A DNA stretch of 52,237 nt, from the NCBI GenBank assembly GCA_018971725.1, contig JAGXAE010000001.1:1-52237 (forward strand), given 5' to 3'. The notes under the pieces were generated by a model that saw nothing but the letters and a program-made list of their open reading frames with translations, ran no database searches and had not been told where the DNA came from. Each line of letters opens with the position of its first letter. Position 1 is the first letter of the stretch. Both the position numbers and the translations under genes were made by a program. Below, one piece after another: positions 15,119 through 24,022 of this stretch. Source of the stretch: Pseudomonadota bacterium (GTDB lineage: Bacteria > Pseudomonadota > Alphaproteobacteria > Acetobacterales > Acetobacteraceae).

Positions 15119-17189
15119 TGGCGGGCTCCGCGGTGTGCACCACCTGCAACGGCATGGTTTCGGGAATTTCCTCAAGCGCGATGACGGGGAGTAACCCGCT
15201 CACGCATTTCGCCACGGCGCGGCGCATGGCCGCCTGCACCACCAGCACCGGCTTCGCGCCCCGCGCGCGCATGGCCTTGGCGGTTTGCTCGGCGGCCTGG
15301 CGCAGATGGGTGGCGATTTCCGCCTCTACCTCGCCGCCCGCGGCTTCCCGCGCCGCGCGCAGGGATTTGCCCACCAGCTCTTCCAGCTTCGGTTGCAGCA
15401 CCGCCACGCGCAGCGCCGGCTCCGCGCCCATGAACTGCCCGGCGATAAAGCGCCCCAACCGTAACCGTACAGCAGCCAGCAAGCGTTCAGGGTCCTTGGC
15501 GCCGCCATCGGCGGCTTCCACCAGGGCCTCGGCGATGCGTTCGAAATCCCGTACCGGCACTTCCTCGGCCAGCAACCCCTGGCAAACCTGCCGGATCACA
15601 CCAGCCGGCAATGCGGCGCGCAAATCTTCCGCCAAACGCGGCGTGGTTTCCGCAAGCCGCGTCATCAGTCCTTCCACCTGCGGGCGGCCCAGCAAATCGG
15701 CCCCGTAGCGTTTCAGCACTTCGGCGAAATGCGTGGCCAAGGCAGAGGCGGCATCAACCACCGTGTAGCCAAGCTCCTCCGCCGCTGGAATGGCGCCTTG
15801 CGGAATCCAAACGGCGTTCTGGCCAAAGGCCGGGTCTTTCACTGGCCGCCCGACGGAAAGCTTGTCCACTACCATCGGGCCTTCAATGGCCAGCCACTGG
15901 CCGGGCCAGGCCTCGCCGCCGCCAATCGCGGCGCCGCGCAGGGTGAAGCGGTAGCCATGGGCGGGAAGCTCCGAGGAGTCACGGATGTGCACGGCGGGCA
16001 CCAGAAACCCCATGGCGCGGCCATAGCGTTGGCGTACGGCGGTCAACCGCCCCAACAGCCTGCCTTCGCCTTGCCCCACCATGGGCGCCAGGGCGAAACC
16101 GATATTCATGCCCAGCGGGTCCACGCCGCTCACATCCGTCAAGCTGTCCGGCTTCACCTCGGGCTTTGCGTTTTCGTTTTGCGCCGCCTCAATCTGTTCG
16201 GCATCCGGCTTGGTGCGCGACAGCCGCCAGGAGGAAACGCCCAATGCGCCGCCCAGCAGCAGGAAGGGAATATGCGCCATTTGCGGCACCAGCCCGATGG
16301 CGATGGTGATCGCCGCCGCGATGGCCAATGCCTGCGGATATTTCGAGAGCTGGGATTTGATTTGCGCGCCGATATCCTCGCCGGTGGCCACGCGGGTAAC
16401 GACCAAGCCAGCAGCGATGGAAATGGTGAGTGAGGGAATTTGCGCCGCCAGCCCGTCGCCCACGGTCAGCAGCGTGTAGGTGCGCGCCGCGTCGCCCAAA
16501 GGCAGGCCATATTGCAGGCAGCCGATCACCAGCCCGCCGACCATGTTCACGGCGAGAATGATCATCGCCGCCACCACGTCCCCGCGCACGAATTTGCTGG
16601 CGCCATCCATGGCGCCGAAGAAATCCGCCTCACGCCGCAACGTATCCCGCCGCCGCTCCGCCGCCTGGGGGGAGAGAATGCCGGCATTGATCTCGGCGTC
16701 GATGGCCATCTGCCGCCCGGGCAGAGAATCCAGCATGAAGCGCGCGGAAACCTCGGCGACGCGCGAGGCGCCCTTGGTGACGACGACGAAATTGATGATG
16801 ATGAGAATGACGAAGATGATGCCGCCGACGACGTAATTGCCGCCCACCGCGAACTGACCGAAGGATTCGATAACGTGTCCGGCCGCCCCCGGCCCGGTAT
16901 AGCCGTTGAGCAGAATGGCGCGCGCGGTGGCGACGTTCAGCGCCAGCCGCATCAGCGTCGTGGCCAAAAGCACTGACGGGAAGGAGGAAAATTCAGACGG
17001 GGAGGGGATATAGAGCGAGGCGCCCAGGATCACCAGCCCGGCGGATATATTCAGCGCGAACAGAAACGAGATGGCGGCTGGCGGCAGCGGCATCGCCAGC
17101 ATCACCAGCACCAGCAGAATCACCACAGGCCCGGAAAGCTGGCCCAGGCTGAAGCCGCGCGGGCGTGGGAGAGCGAGTGCGTCAGCCAT
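15111..17189 (-). CDS. flhA: export gate protein FlhA
   Basis: FPSVLL, RVAEVSARFMLDSLPGRQMAIDAE, FFGAMDGASKFVRGD. Confidence 0.97.
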   Translation of the reverse strand: MADALALPRPRGFSLGQLSGPVVILLVLVMLAMPLPPAAISFLFALNISAGLVILGASLYIPSPSEFSSFPSVLLATTLMRLALNVATARAILLNGYTGPGAAGHVIESFGQFAVGGNYVVGGIIFVILIIINFVVVTKGASRVAEVSARFMLDSLPGRQMAIDAEINAGILSPQAAERRRDTLRREADFFGAMDGASKFVRGDVVAAMIILAVNMVGGLVIGCLQYGLPLGDAARTYTLLTVGDGLAAQIPSLTISIAAGLVVTRVATGEDIGAQIKSQLSKYPQALAIAAAITIAIGLVPQMAHIPFLLLGGALGVSSWRLSRTKPDAEQIEAAQNENAKPEVKPDSLTDVSGVDPLGMNIGFALAPMVGQGEGRLLGRLTAVRQRYGRAMGFLVPAVHIRDSSELPAHGYRFTLRGAAIGGGEAWPGQWLAIEGPMVVDKLSVGRPVKDPAFGQNAVWIPQGAIPAAEELGYTVVDAASALATHFAEVLKRYGADLLGRPQVEGLMTRLAETTPRLAEDLRAALPAGVIRQVCQGLLAEEVPVRDFERIAEALVEAADGGAKDPERLLAAVRLRLGRFIAGQFMGAEPALRVAVLQPKLEELVGKSLRAAREAAGGEVEAEIATHLRQAAEQTAKAMRARGAKPVLVVQAAMRRAVAKCVSGLLPVIALEEIPETMPLQVVHTAEPANG

Positions 17190-17445
17190 GCAAAAGTCCT
17201 GGAATGGCGTTGAACAATCTGGCCGCGTAATGCTCGACGCCGCCGATCATCAGCGGCCCCGCCGCCATAGCCACCAGGGCCAAGCCGCCAAGTTTGAGAA
17301 CAAAGGGTATGGATGCCTCGCGCACCTGAGTCGCGGTTTGCAGAATGCCGGCACCCAGGCCGATGACCAGCATCAGTAGCAGCATGGGTCCGGCGAGTTC
17401 AGCGAAGGCGAGCCACGCGCCGCTATTCACGCCATTGGCACTCAT
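17182..17445 (-). CDS. fliQ: FliQ-family export gate subunit (paralogue 1)
   Basis: 87 aa; AGPML..GILQTATQVREASIPFVLKL matches the FliQ QAATQIxExTLxFxPK pattern. Confidence 0.85.
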   Translation of the reverse strand: MSANGVNSGAWLAFAELAGPMLLLMLVIGLGAGILQTATQVREASIPFVLKLGGLALVAMAAGPLMIGGVEHYAARLFNAIPGLLHG

Positions 17446-17813
17446 GAAGCGCTGTCTTCCTCGTCCTTCATGGCGTCTTCCGAAAGGGCCGTCACGCGCA
17501 CGCCGTAACGGTCATTGGCTACGGCGACGACTTCGCCATAGGCGAGCTTCTGGCCATTGGCGAAAATTGCCAGCGGTTCGCCGATCATCTGATCAAGTTG
17601 AAGAATTTGCCCGTGCCGCAAGGCGCGAAGATCCTTCACGCTAATCTGCGTGCGGCCAAGCTCCACCGCCACGGCAACCTGCACACGGTCCAGCACCACC
17701 TTGGCGGTGATGGCGGCGGCCCCGCGCGGCTGCGCCTGCAACCGCTCAAGCTCCACGCGCTCGGGTTCAATGAGTTTTTCCGCGCCGGTCAGACGCTCTT
17801 TCTGAGTGGTCAT
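17442..17813 (-). CDS. fliN: FliN, predicted product of internal translation start inside fliM-fliN
   Basis: AAGGAG (17827-17822), 8 nt, in-frame ATG (17813); gives a 123-aa FliN-sized protein. Confidence 0.65.
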   Translation of the reverse strand: MTTQKERLTGAEKLIEPERVELERLQAQPRGAAAITAKVVLDRVQVAVAVELGRTQISVKDLRALRHGQILQLDQMIGEPLAIFANGQKLAYGEVVAVANDRYGVRVTALSEDAMKDEEDSAS

Positions 17814-18704
17814 CTCGATGTCTCCTTCTTCTTCGGCTTTCACCCGGCAACACACATGGCCGTCCTGCTGGCCATAATCGGCCAGGAACAAATCCACCCC
17901 GCCGCCCACCGCCACCGCATGTGGCCAGAGCGTTACCGGCAACAGGTCGCCAGGCCGCAATGCTTGAAACACCGCCAGCGGCAGATGCGCCCGGGCCAGA
18001 TCGAAACGCAGGTCGATATTCGTGCTGTCGGTCAATTGATCGACGCCGCTGGTCCAGTTCATGTCCGGTCCGCGCCCGCCGAGCAGGCCGGACTGGTTGG
18101 CGATCTTGGCTTCCAGTGTTTCGAAGGCGGAATATGGCACGATCAGGCGGATGGTGCCTGAGCCAAGCTCGGTTTCGAAAATGCCAGTGACGGCGATCAT
18201 CCAGTCCTGCCCATCGGCGATGGCGAGCATGCCGGTGGCGTTTTCGTAGGCGATGGCCGCGAGGTTGAGCGGGACGATGGGGGTGAAGGTTTCGGTGATG
18301 GTGGCGAAAGCCATATCCACCATCTGCCGCCCGATCCGCGTTTCCAGCGCGGAAAGCTCATACCGCTCGAATGGATGCGCCGAGGTGGCGCCGCACATCG
18401 CATCCACCATCGCGCCGATCAAATCCCCGTCGATGGCAAGCAGCATGCGCCCGCGCAACGGCGTGAGTTCCGAGATGCCGGCCAGCATCACTTCCGGCAG
18501 GGCGGACATGGCGGATTCATGCGCGATGACGTTATGGATGCAGGAGAGCAGCTGCACGGAATGGCGCATGCGCTGAAACAGCACGAAGGCGATCTGCCGC
18601 ATGAACCTGTCGGCCAATGTCTCCATGAGCACCGAGCGCAGCAGCGGGGCGCGCATTGGGTCCAGAAGGTCGAGCGTCTCCACATTCGGGTCGGTATCAA
18701 GCAT
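17442..18704 (-). CDS. fliM: fused C-ring protein FliM-FliN
   Basis: FliM middle domain (DRFMRQ, PLRG, ELSALE), a SpoA domain, then a complete FliN SpoA domain (VAVELGRT..GEPLAIFANG..GEVVAV..YGVRVT) with no stop in between. Confidence 0.88.
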   Translation of the reverse strand: MLDTDPNVETLDLLDPMRAPLLRSVLMETLADRFMRQIAFVLFQRMRHSVQLLSCIHNVIAHESAMSALPEVMLAGISELTPLRGRMLLAIDGDLIGAMVDAMCGATSAHPFERYELSALETRIGRQMVDMAFATITETFTPIVPLNLAAIAYENATGMLAIADGQDWMIAVTGIFETELGSGTIRLIVPYSAFETLEAKIANQSGLLGGRGPDMNWTSGVDQLTDSTNIDLRFDLARAHLPLAVFQALRPGDLLPVTLWPHAVAVGGGVDLFLADYGQQDGHVCCRVKAEEEGDIEMTTQKERLTGAEKLIEPERVELERLQAQPRGAAAITAKVVLDRVQVAVAVELGRTQISVKDLRALRHGQILQLDQMIGEPLAIFANGQKLAYGEVVAVANDRYGVRVTALSEDAMKDEEDSAS

Positions 18705-20034
18705 AGGCGCTCAGCCCGCTTGGTGTGGCTTGTGGCTCCGTGGCGAAGGCGGCTGCGTTGTTCTGGCGCGGCGGTGAATAGCCGCTTTGGCTATTCTGGC
18801 CGCTTTGCTGCGGGAATTGCCCGCCCACCTGCGCCTGGCCCAGGCTGAGACCGGATTGCGCCATGGCGGCGCCAAGCCCCGGCAGGCTGGCTTGTATCGC
18901 TTGCGCGGCATCGGCGGTGCTGGGCACGAACAGCACGTTCACCTGCCCCTGTGTGCTGAACCGAACCTGCACGGAAAGATGCCCAAGCCCCGGCGGGTCC
19001 AGCCGCAAAACCGTGCCGCTTTGGCCGGATTGATGCAGCGCCGTAACCGTGGCGGCCAGCGCGGCCGGACCGATGCTGGCATTCGCGGTCACGACGCCCG
19101 TCTCCGTTACGGTGCTCCCACTTGCCGTGGCGGCGTGGATCTCCGGCGCGGGGCTTATGCTGCCAAAAGCAGGAAGCTGCTGTGCGCTGGTCTTTTCCTT
19201 GCTGGTGGGTGTTACCTCCGTGGCGGCGGGCAACTGCGCCACCCGCGCGGTGAGGGCCTGCGCCGTGCTGGGCGCAGTGGGCGCGCTGGCGGTGGGTTGG
19301 GGCGTTGCCTTGGCGGTGCGGGTGTCTAACTGGGTGTCTGCCGCTGTGGCGCTGGCGGGTGTGGCCTCTGCTGCCACTGGTGGCGTAGGTGCGGCGGGGG
19401 GTGTTCGCGGCGTTTGTGTCGCCAGGGTCTCGCTGGCCGGGGTGGTTTTCGTGGCGGCGGGGTTGGGGGTGGTATCACTTTGCTTGGTGGTGGCGGGCAT
19501 GGCCGTGTCGGCTTGGGCAGGGCTGGTACTGGTCGTTGCCGGGGCCGTGCTGGCCATCGTCGGGGCCGTGCTGGATGTTGAATCCGCTGTGACGGCCTGG
19601 GTGCGGGGCGCGATATGTGCGGTTTGTACCGGCGCATTCGCATGGCTTGCATTGGCGGGTTTTTCCATCGCTGGCTGCACCGGCACCGCCAGCCCCGCTA
19701 CGGGAACCGCTTTTGGCGTGTTCTTCTTGTCGTCTGCAAGCACCGGGCCCGATGCCGCAATGCTGGGCTGCGGCTTCGCGCCTTTCGGCGTTGGTTCCGC
19801 CTTGGTGCGGCTTGCCGTCTCGGCGGAAGCGGTTTGCGTTGGGTCGGGTGGCATCTTCGCGGCGGTTTGCTGTTGCGGCTTCGCGGTGTTGTTCGCGCTA
19901 GGCGGGGTGCCCGGCTGCGGCGCGGCGTCGCTATTGGTCAGCGCCTCTTGCCAGGCGGCATGATCCGGCGCGGTGGCGGTGTTCGCGGCCAAGCCCGTGC
20001 TCTGCGTGATGGAAATGGGGGCGGAAACCGGCAT
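18697..20034 (-). CDS. fliK: hook-length control protein FliK
   Basis: Thr/Pro/Ala-rich body plus C-terminal LRLDPPGLGHLSVQV domain; TGATG overlap with fliG. Confidence 0.9.
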   Translation of the reverse strand: MPVSAPISITQSTGLAANTATAPDHAAWQEALTNSDAAPQPGTPPSANNTAKPQQQTAAKMPPDPTQTASAETASRTKAEPTPKGAKPQPSIAASGPVLADDKKNTPKAVPVAGLAVPVQPAMEKPANASHANAPVQTAHIAPRTQAVTADSTSSTAPTMASTAPATTSTSPAQADTAMPATTKQSDTTPNPAATKTTPASETLATQTPRTPPAAPTPPVAAEATPASATAADTQLDTRTAKATPQPTASAPTAPSTAQALTARVAQLPAATEVTPTSKEKTSAQQLPAFGSISPAPEIHAATASGSTVTETGVVTANASIGPAALAATVTALHQSGQSGTVLRLDPPGLGHLSVQVRFSTQGQVNVLFVPSTADAAQAIQASLPGLGAAMAQSGLSLGQAQVGGQFPQQSGQNSQSGYSPPRQNNAAAFATEPQATPSGLSAYA

Positions 20035-21056
20035 CAAACCATCTCCTCTGCCGCGCTGATGGAAATACGGCCCTCGCCGGCAAGTTTCAGCGCCGCATCG
20101 ACGATCTCGCTCTGTGCGACCAGCGCATCGGACCGGCGGATCGGCGGCCCGCTCGTCAGCTCTTCTTTCAGTACCTCCACCTGCCTTGTTGAGAGGTTCT
20201 GGAAGAAGCGGTCCCGCAGCGCCTCGTCCACCAGGCGCAGCGCCGGGGCGAGTCTGTCCGCCGGCACCTCGCGCAACAGAATTTGCATGGACCGGTCTGG
20301 CAGCTTGCCGAGATCAATGAAGGTAAACAGATTCTCGCGGATCTTCTCGGCGGTTTTGGCGTCACGCTCATCAATGGCGCCCAGCACATTCTCAGACATT
20401 GCTGATGTAAAATGATTCAGGATGTCGGCTGTTTGTTTGGCACCTCCCAGATTGGTCACGCGCCTTCCGCCGGTGCCGGTCTGCATCGCCAGCTCGTCCA
20501 GCATGTCCCGCAATTCCTTCACCACGCTGGGTGAAACCACGTCTAGATTGGAGAAGCGATACAACGCCTCGGCCGCCAGGGGTTCCGGCAGGAAGCTGAG
20601 CAGATTGGCGCCCATCTCATGCGGAATATGCGCCAGCAGCAAGGCGATGGTTTGCGGCCGCTCATGCGCCATTTGCATCGCCAGGGTTCGCGCATCGGTG
20701 TTGGGCGGCAGGTAGAAACTCGAGCGACGCTCATTGCGCCGTAGCCGTTCGAGGATTTCCTTCGCGTTATTCTCACCCAACGCGTTCGTCAGCACGCGGC
20801 TCAGGAATTTCATGCTGTCACCGCCAATCGCGGTGATGCCAAGATCCGATGCGAAGGAGAGCATGATGTCCTCCCTCAATTGCGGGGTGATGCCCTTCAG
20901 GCTCGACATCGCGGTGGAGATGCGGTTGACGGATAGCTCGTCCATTTCTCGCATCACGGCAGCGGCGGTTTCCTCGCCCAGTTCGCGCAGCACCATGGCG
21001 GCGCGCTCCGGGCCAGAGAGAACGGGGGCGGAAATCTGCTTGGCGTCTTCACTCAT
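20034..21056 (-). CDS. fliG: motor switch protein FliG
   Basis: LSGPERAAMVL, ERPQTIALLL, GGAKQTADILN, LFTFIDL, NLSTR. Confidence 0.95.
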   Translation of the reverse strand: MSEDAKQISAPVLSGPERAAMVLRELGEETAAAVMREMDELSVNRISTAMSSLKGITPQLREDIMLSFASDLGITAIGGDSMKFLSRVLTNALGENNAKEILERLRRNERRSSFYLPPNTDARTLAMQMAHERPQTIALLLAHIPHEMGANLLSFLPEPLAAEALYRFSNLDVVSPSVVKELRDMLDELAMQTGTGGRRVTNLGGAKQTADILNHFTSAMSENVLGAIDERDAKTAEKIRENLFTFIDLGKLPDRSMQILLREVPADRLAPALRLVDEALRDRFFQNLSTRQVEVLKEELTSGPPIRRSDALVAQSEIVDAALKLAGEGRISISAAEEMV

Positions 21057-22599
21057 TTTCTTCTGTCCAACTCTGGAGAAGCCGCGCCACGCCGGGGATG
21101 TTCTCGGCGGCTTGATCGCGCAATTCGGAGAAATCCCGGGGCGGGGTGATCGAGGGCAGTGGCCGCGGGGCCGGTGGTGGTGGTGGCAAAATGGTTTTCA
21201 GGTTGACGGTCGCCAGGCGCCGCCCGGCTGGCAAAGCCAAGCCGAAGAGCAGCGCCATCGCCGCCATAACTTCCAGCATCGCATGCGCCAGCGGGTTGGC
21301 CGCCGCGATGATGGGTGCCGCCACTGTAGGAGCCGCCGCTATTTGGAAGGGCGTCGCCAGCACGTTCACCGTTACGTTGGGATAGGCGAAGGCAGCGCTG
21401 ATCGCGGCTTTGATCTGCTGCACCGGCAGGTTTTTCGGCAACGCCGCCTGGTTCAGCACCACCGAGACGGCGATGGACTTCACCGCCCAATCCGGCTTGG
21501 TGATGTCGCTCTCGGTCTGGTCGGTCACAAAGGTCTGATCCAGATCGTTGGTGGTGCGGCTTGGCAGCGGCGGCGCGGCGCTGGCTGCCTGCGGCGGCGT
21601 GTTCCCCGCCGGCGTTTTCTTGTTCGTGGCTTGCGCCGGTGCGGGCGCCGGGTTTGCCGCCGTGGTCTGGCTGGGCGGCTCGTTGGAAAGCGCCCCCGGA
21701 ATGCCGAGTGCCGCGCCATCCGAGCCGGTCTGCGATGTCTGGTTGCTGCTGGAATGTTGTACGATATGCGCCGGCCCGTAGCTGGTTTCGTGGATATGCG
21801 CCTGCGTGAAATCCAGATCCGCCGATACATCCGTACGGAAATTTCCAGCGCCCACCAGCGGAATCAGAAGCCCGGCGACGCGCGCGGCGGAACTTGCCTC
21901 CACCTGCGCTTCGGTCGCCAGTTGCGTGCTGGTGTTCATCGCGCTGGCGGCGGGGTAAACCGTGGCGCCGGAAGTCGTCACCACGGTGACATCCTCCGCC
22001 GCGAGGCCCGGCACGGCACCCGCCACCAGCTTGGCAATGGTCTCGCCCTGTGCGGCGGCCTGCATCTGGTCTGCATCCACCACCACCGAGGCGGCGGGCT
22101 TCGGCTGGTCCGCGAGGAAAGGTGTTTCAGTCGGCAGCGCCAGATATACCTGCGCGCTGCGTATGCCGCTCATGGCCTGAATGGATTGTTCCAGGGACAG
22201 TTCCAGCGCCTGCGTAGCCATCGTTGACTGCGCGAGGTCCGAGGTGGTCATCGGTGCATTCTCAAGCTGATTCCAGGCGCTTTGCGTACTGGAGCCGGGC
22301 ACCTGCGCGACGCCCAGTTGCAACCGCGCCTGAGCCAGTTGCGGGGCGGGAACCAGAATAACATTGCCCGCCGCCTGAAGCTGATAAGGTATGCCAAGTT
22401 TTTGCAATTGCGCGATGACCTTGCCGCCATCGGCGGGGGAGAGCCCCTCGCTCAACACCGCGTAAGGCGGGCCGGAAAGTTCCAGCCACATCACCGTGCC
22501 GAGAGAGACCAGCACAATCGCGCCCGTCACCCAGAGCAGCTTGGGAATCCGTGCCGCCTGCTCCTGCGACCGGGCCAATATGTCACGCCAATTGCGCAT
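21049..22599 (-). CDS. fliF: MS-ring protein FliF
   Basis: N-terminal TM, AQVYLALP..F..KPAASV, LVAGAVPGL, GIPGALSNEPP, C-terminal ARLLQSW. Confidence 0.93.
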   Translation of the reverse strand: MRNWRDILARSQEQAARIPKLLWVTGAIVLVSLGTVMWLELSGPPYAVLSEGLSPADGGKVIAQLQKLGIPYQLQAAGNVILVPAPQLAQARLQLGVAQVPGSSTQSAWNQLENAPMTTSDLAQSTMATQALELSLEQSIQAMSGIRSAQVYLALPTETPFLADQPKPAASVVVDADQMQAAAQGETIAKLVAGAVPGLAAEDVTVVTTSGATVYPAASAMNTSTQLATEAQVEASSAARVAGLLIPLVGAGNFRTDVSADLDFTQAHIHETSYGPAHIVQHSSSNQTSQTGSDGAALGIPGALSNEPPSQTTAANPAPAPAQATNKKTPAGNTPPQAASAAPPLPSRTTNDLDQTFVTDQTESDITKPDWAVKSIAVSVVLNQAALPKNLPVQQIKAAISAAFAYPNVTVNVLATPFQIAAAPTVAAPIIAAANPLAHAMLEVMAAMALLFGLALPAGRRLATVNLKTILPPPPPAPRPLPSITPPRDFSELRDQAAENIPGVARLLQSWTEENE

Positions 22600-22602
22600 G
22601 GA

Positions 22603-22911
22603 TCAGAACTGCATGTTCATGACCGCCTGATAGGCGGAGACAACCTCATTGCGGACGGCAACGGTCGCGTTCCATGCAACCTCGGCCCGGTCACTCGCAA
22701 CCAGCGCCTTGCCCAAAGTGGCGCCGGGCACGCCGGCCGCGTATCCCGCCTCGGCGGAGGCCGCTGAGGATTGCTGCGCGCTCACGCCCTGCAAGGCATC
22801 GGAAACAAGGCTGAGAAAATTTCCCGGCTGGGTGGCGGCGGGGCTTGTCCCCGTCCCGGCCAGGCTGCTTGCGGCCGAAATTGCGCTCTGCGCCGCGATG
22901 CTGGAAACCAT
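22603..22911 (-). CDS. fliE: hook-basal body protein FliE
   Basis: C-terminal VRNEVVSAYQAVMNMQF; AAAGGA RBS. Confidence 0.92.
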   Translation of the reverse strand: MVSSIAAQSAISAASSLAGTGTSPAATQPGNFLSLVSDALQGVSAQQSSAASAEAGYAAGVPGATLGKALVASDRAEVAWNATVAVRNEVVSAYQAVMNMQF

Positions 22912-23064
22912 GGTGACCTTTCCTTTTGAAAAGAGATGCGGGTGCTAAGGCCGCGTTTTGGATGAGCCGTTTTCAGCCGGATATTGAAACGCCCCTGGGG
23001 TGCCAAAATTTTTTTGTATCAAGCAGGAAAACTTTGCTCATGCCGTACGATTAAAGCCCCGTTC

Positions 23065-23134
23065 CTAACGGATTCTTAAAATCGCGCATCACTTGGTGGG
23101 AAAACATCTTCCCGCGGCCTTAACCTAGCTTCAA
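23065..23134. promoter_or_regulatory. two CtrA-like boxes in the divergent fliE/cheY promoter region
   Basis: CTAA-N7-TTAA (23065-23079) and TTAA-N7-TCAA (23120-23134), each one mismatch from TTAA-N7-TTAA. Confidence 0.5.
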
Positions 23135-23189
23135 CATTTCCAGTGCAAAGTCGGGAAATCTTGCGCCACCAGAATGGAGCCACGTTTCT

Positions 23190-23561
23190 ATGCCGACGAT
23201 TCTCGTCCTCGACGATTCCGCCACAATGGTGATGAGCTTGTCTCATATATTGAAAGGCGCCGGTTACGACGTCGAGACAGGGATGAACGGCCGTGAGGGC
23301 ATCACCAAACTTACAGATGGGGTCAAGCCCTCCGTTATTTTAACGGATCTGAACATGCCCGAGCTGGATGGAATCGGCTTTATTAAAGAGGCGCGTAAAA
23401 TCGTCTCGGCGCGCTATACGCCGATTATTGTGCTCACCACCGAGTCCGGTGGCCGTAAGCGGGACGAGGCGCGGGCCGCCGGTGCCTCTGGCTGGCTTAC
23501 CAAGCCCGCCGAGCCGAACCAGCTGCTCTCGGTCGTCAAACAGCTTTGCCCGGTGAAATAG
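23190..23561 (+). CDS. cheY: single-domain response regulator, CheY-like
   Basis: ILVLDDS, ILTDLNMPELDG, PIIVLTTE, GASGWLTKP. Confidence 0.85.
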   Translation: MPTILVLDDSATMVMSLSHILKGAGYDVETGMNGREGITKLTDGVKPSVILTDLNMPELDGIGFIKEARKIVSARYTPIIVLTTESGGRKRDEARAAGASGWLTKPAEPNQLLSVVKQLCPVK

Positions 23562-23572
23562 CAGGTGCTGCG

Positions 23573-24022
23573 ATGAGAGAATCAGGAGAGTCTAACGAGA
23601 GGCTGGTTTGCGCCATTTTGGCCGAGCAGGTTTCGAATCTACGGGATAAGATGGATGCCAGCGAGGCATTCGACCTTTTATGGCAAACCTCCGCGCTGCT
23701 GTCCTGGCTGTCAGGTCTGTTGACGGACATGGACCGCGATGCGTCGCAGGCTTCGATGCTTCGGGATAGGGAGCGGAGCGAGGCGATCGCGAAGATCAAC
23801 ACGATCCGTCATCAGCTTGATAATCTCGCTTTCTTTCAGGCGCAGCGGCAAGATTTCGCTCGGCAGATCGCCGATTGCGTGATCACCGCACTCGAGCGTA
23901 TGTCTAGCGCGCGGATGCCTGAGGGCACGCGCTTTGCCTCGGCGGATCTTGCGGCGCTTTATGTCAGTGAAGATCAGCGGCGTCTGCATGAGGATGTTCT
24001 TACCCGCCTGCAGGCGGACTAG
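23573..24022 (+). CDS. hypothetical protein with CheZ-type DxxxQ motif (possible CheY-P phosphatase)
   Basis: QRQDFARQ motif; helical-looking; directly downstream of cheY. Confidence 0.5.
   Translation: MRESGESNERLVCAILAEQVSNLRDKMDASEAFDLLWQTSALLSWLSGLLTDMDRDASQASMLRDRERSEAIAKINTIRHQLDNLAFFQAQRQDFARQIADCVITALERMSSARMPEGTRFASADLAALYVSEDQRRLHEDVLTRLQAD

Noticed and set aside
18697-20034. Low-complexity Thr/Pro/Ala protein as a novel adhesin or mucin
   Set aside because: The C-terminal LxPxxLG domain and position identify it as ordinary FliK
22991-23006. Sigma54-like TTGGCAC-N5-GGGC on the minus strand upstream of fliE
   Set aside because: The -12 element lacks the TT of TTGC and no enhancer-binding protein is in the cluster; at most a vestige
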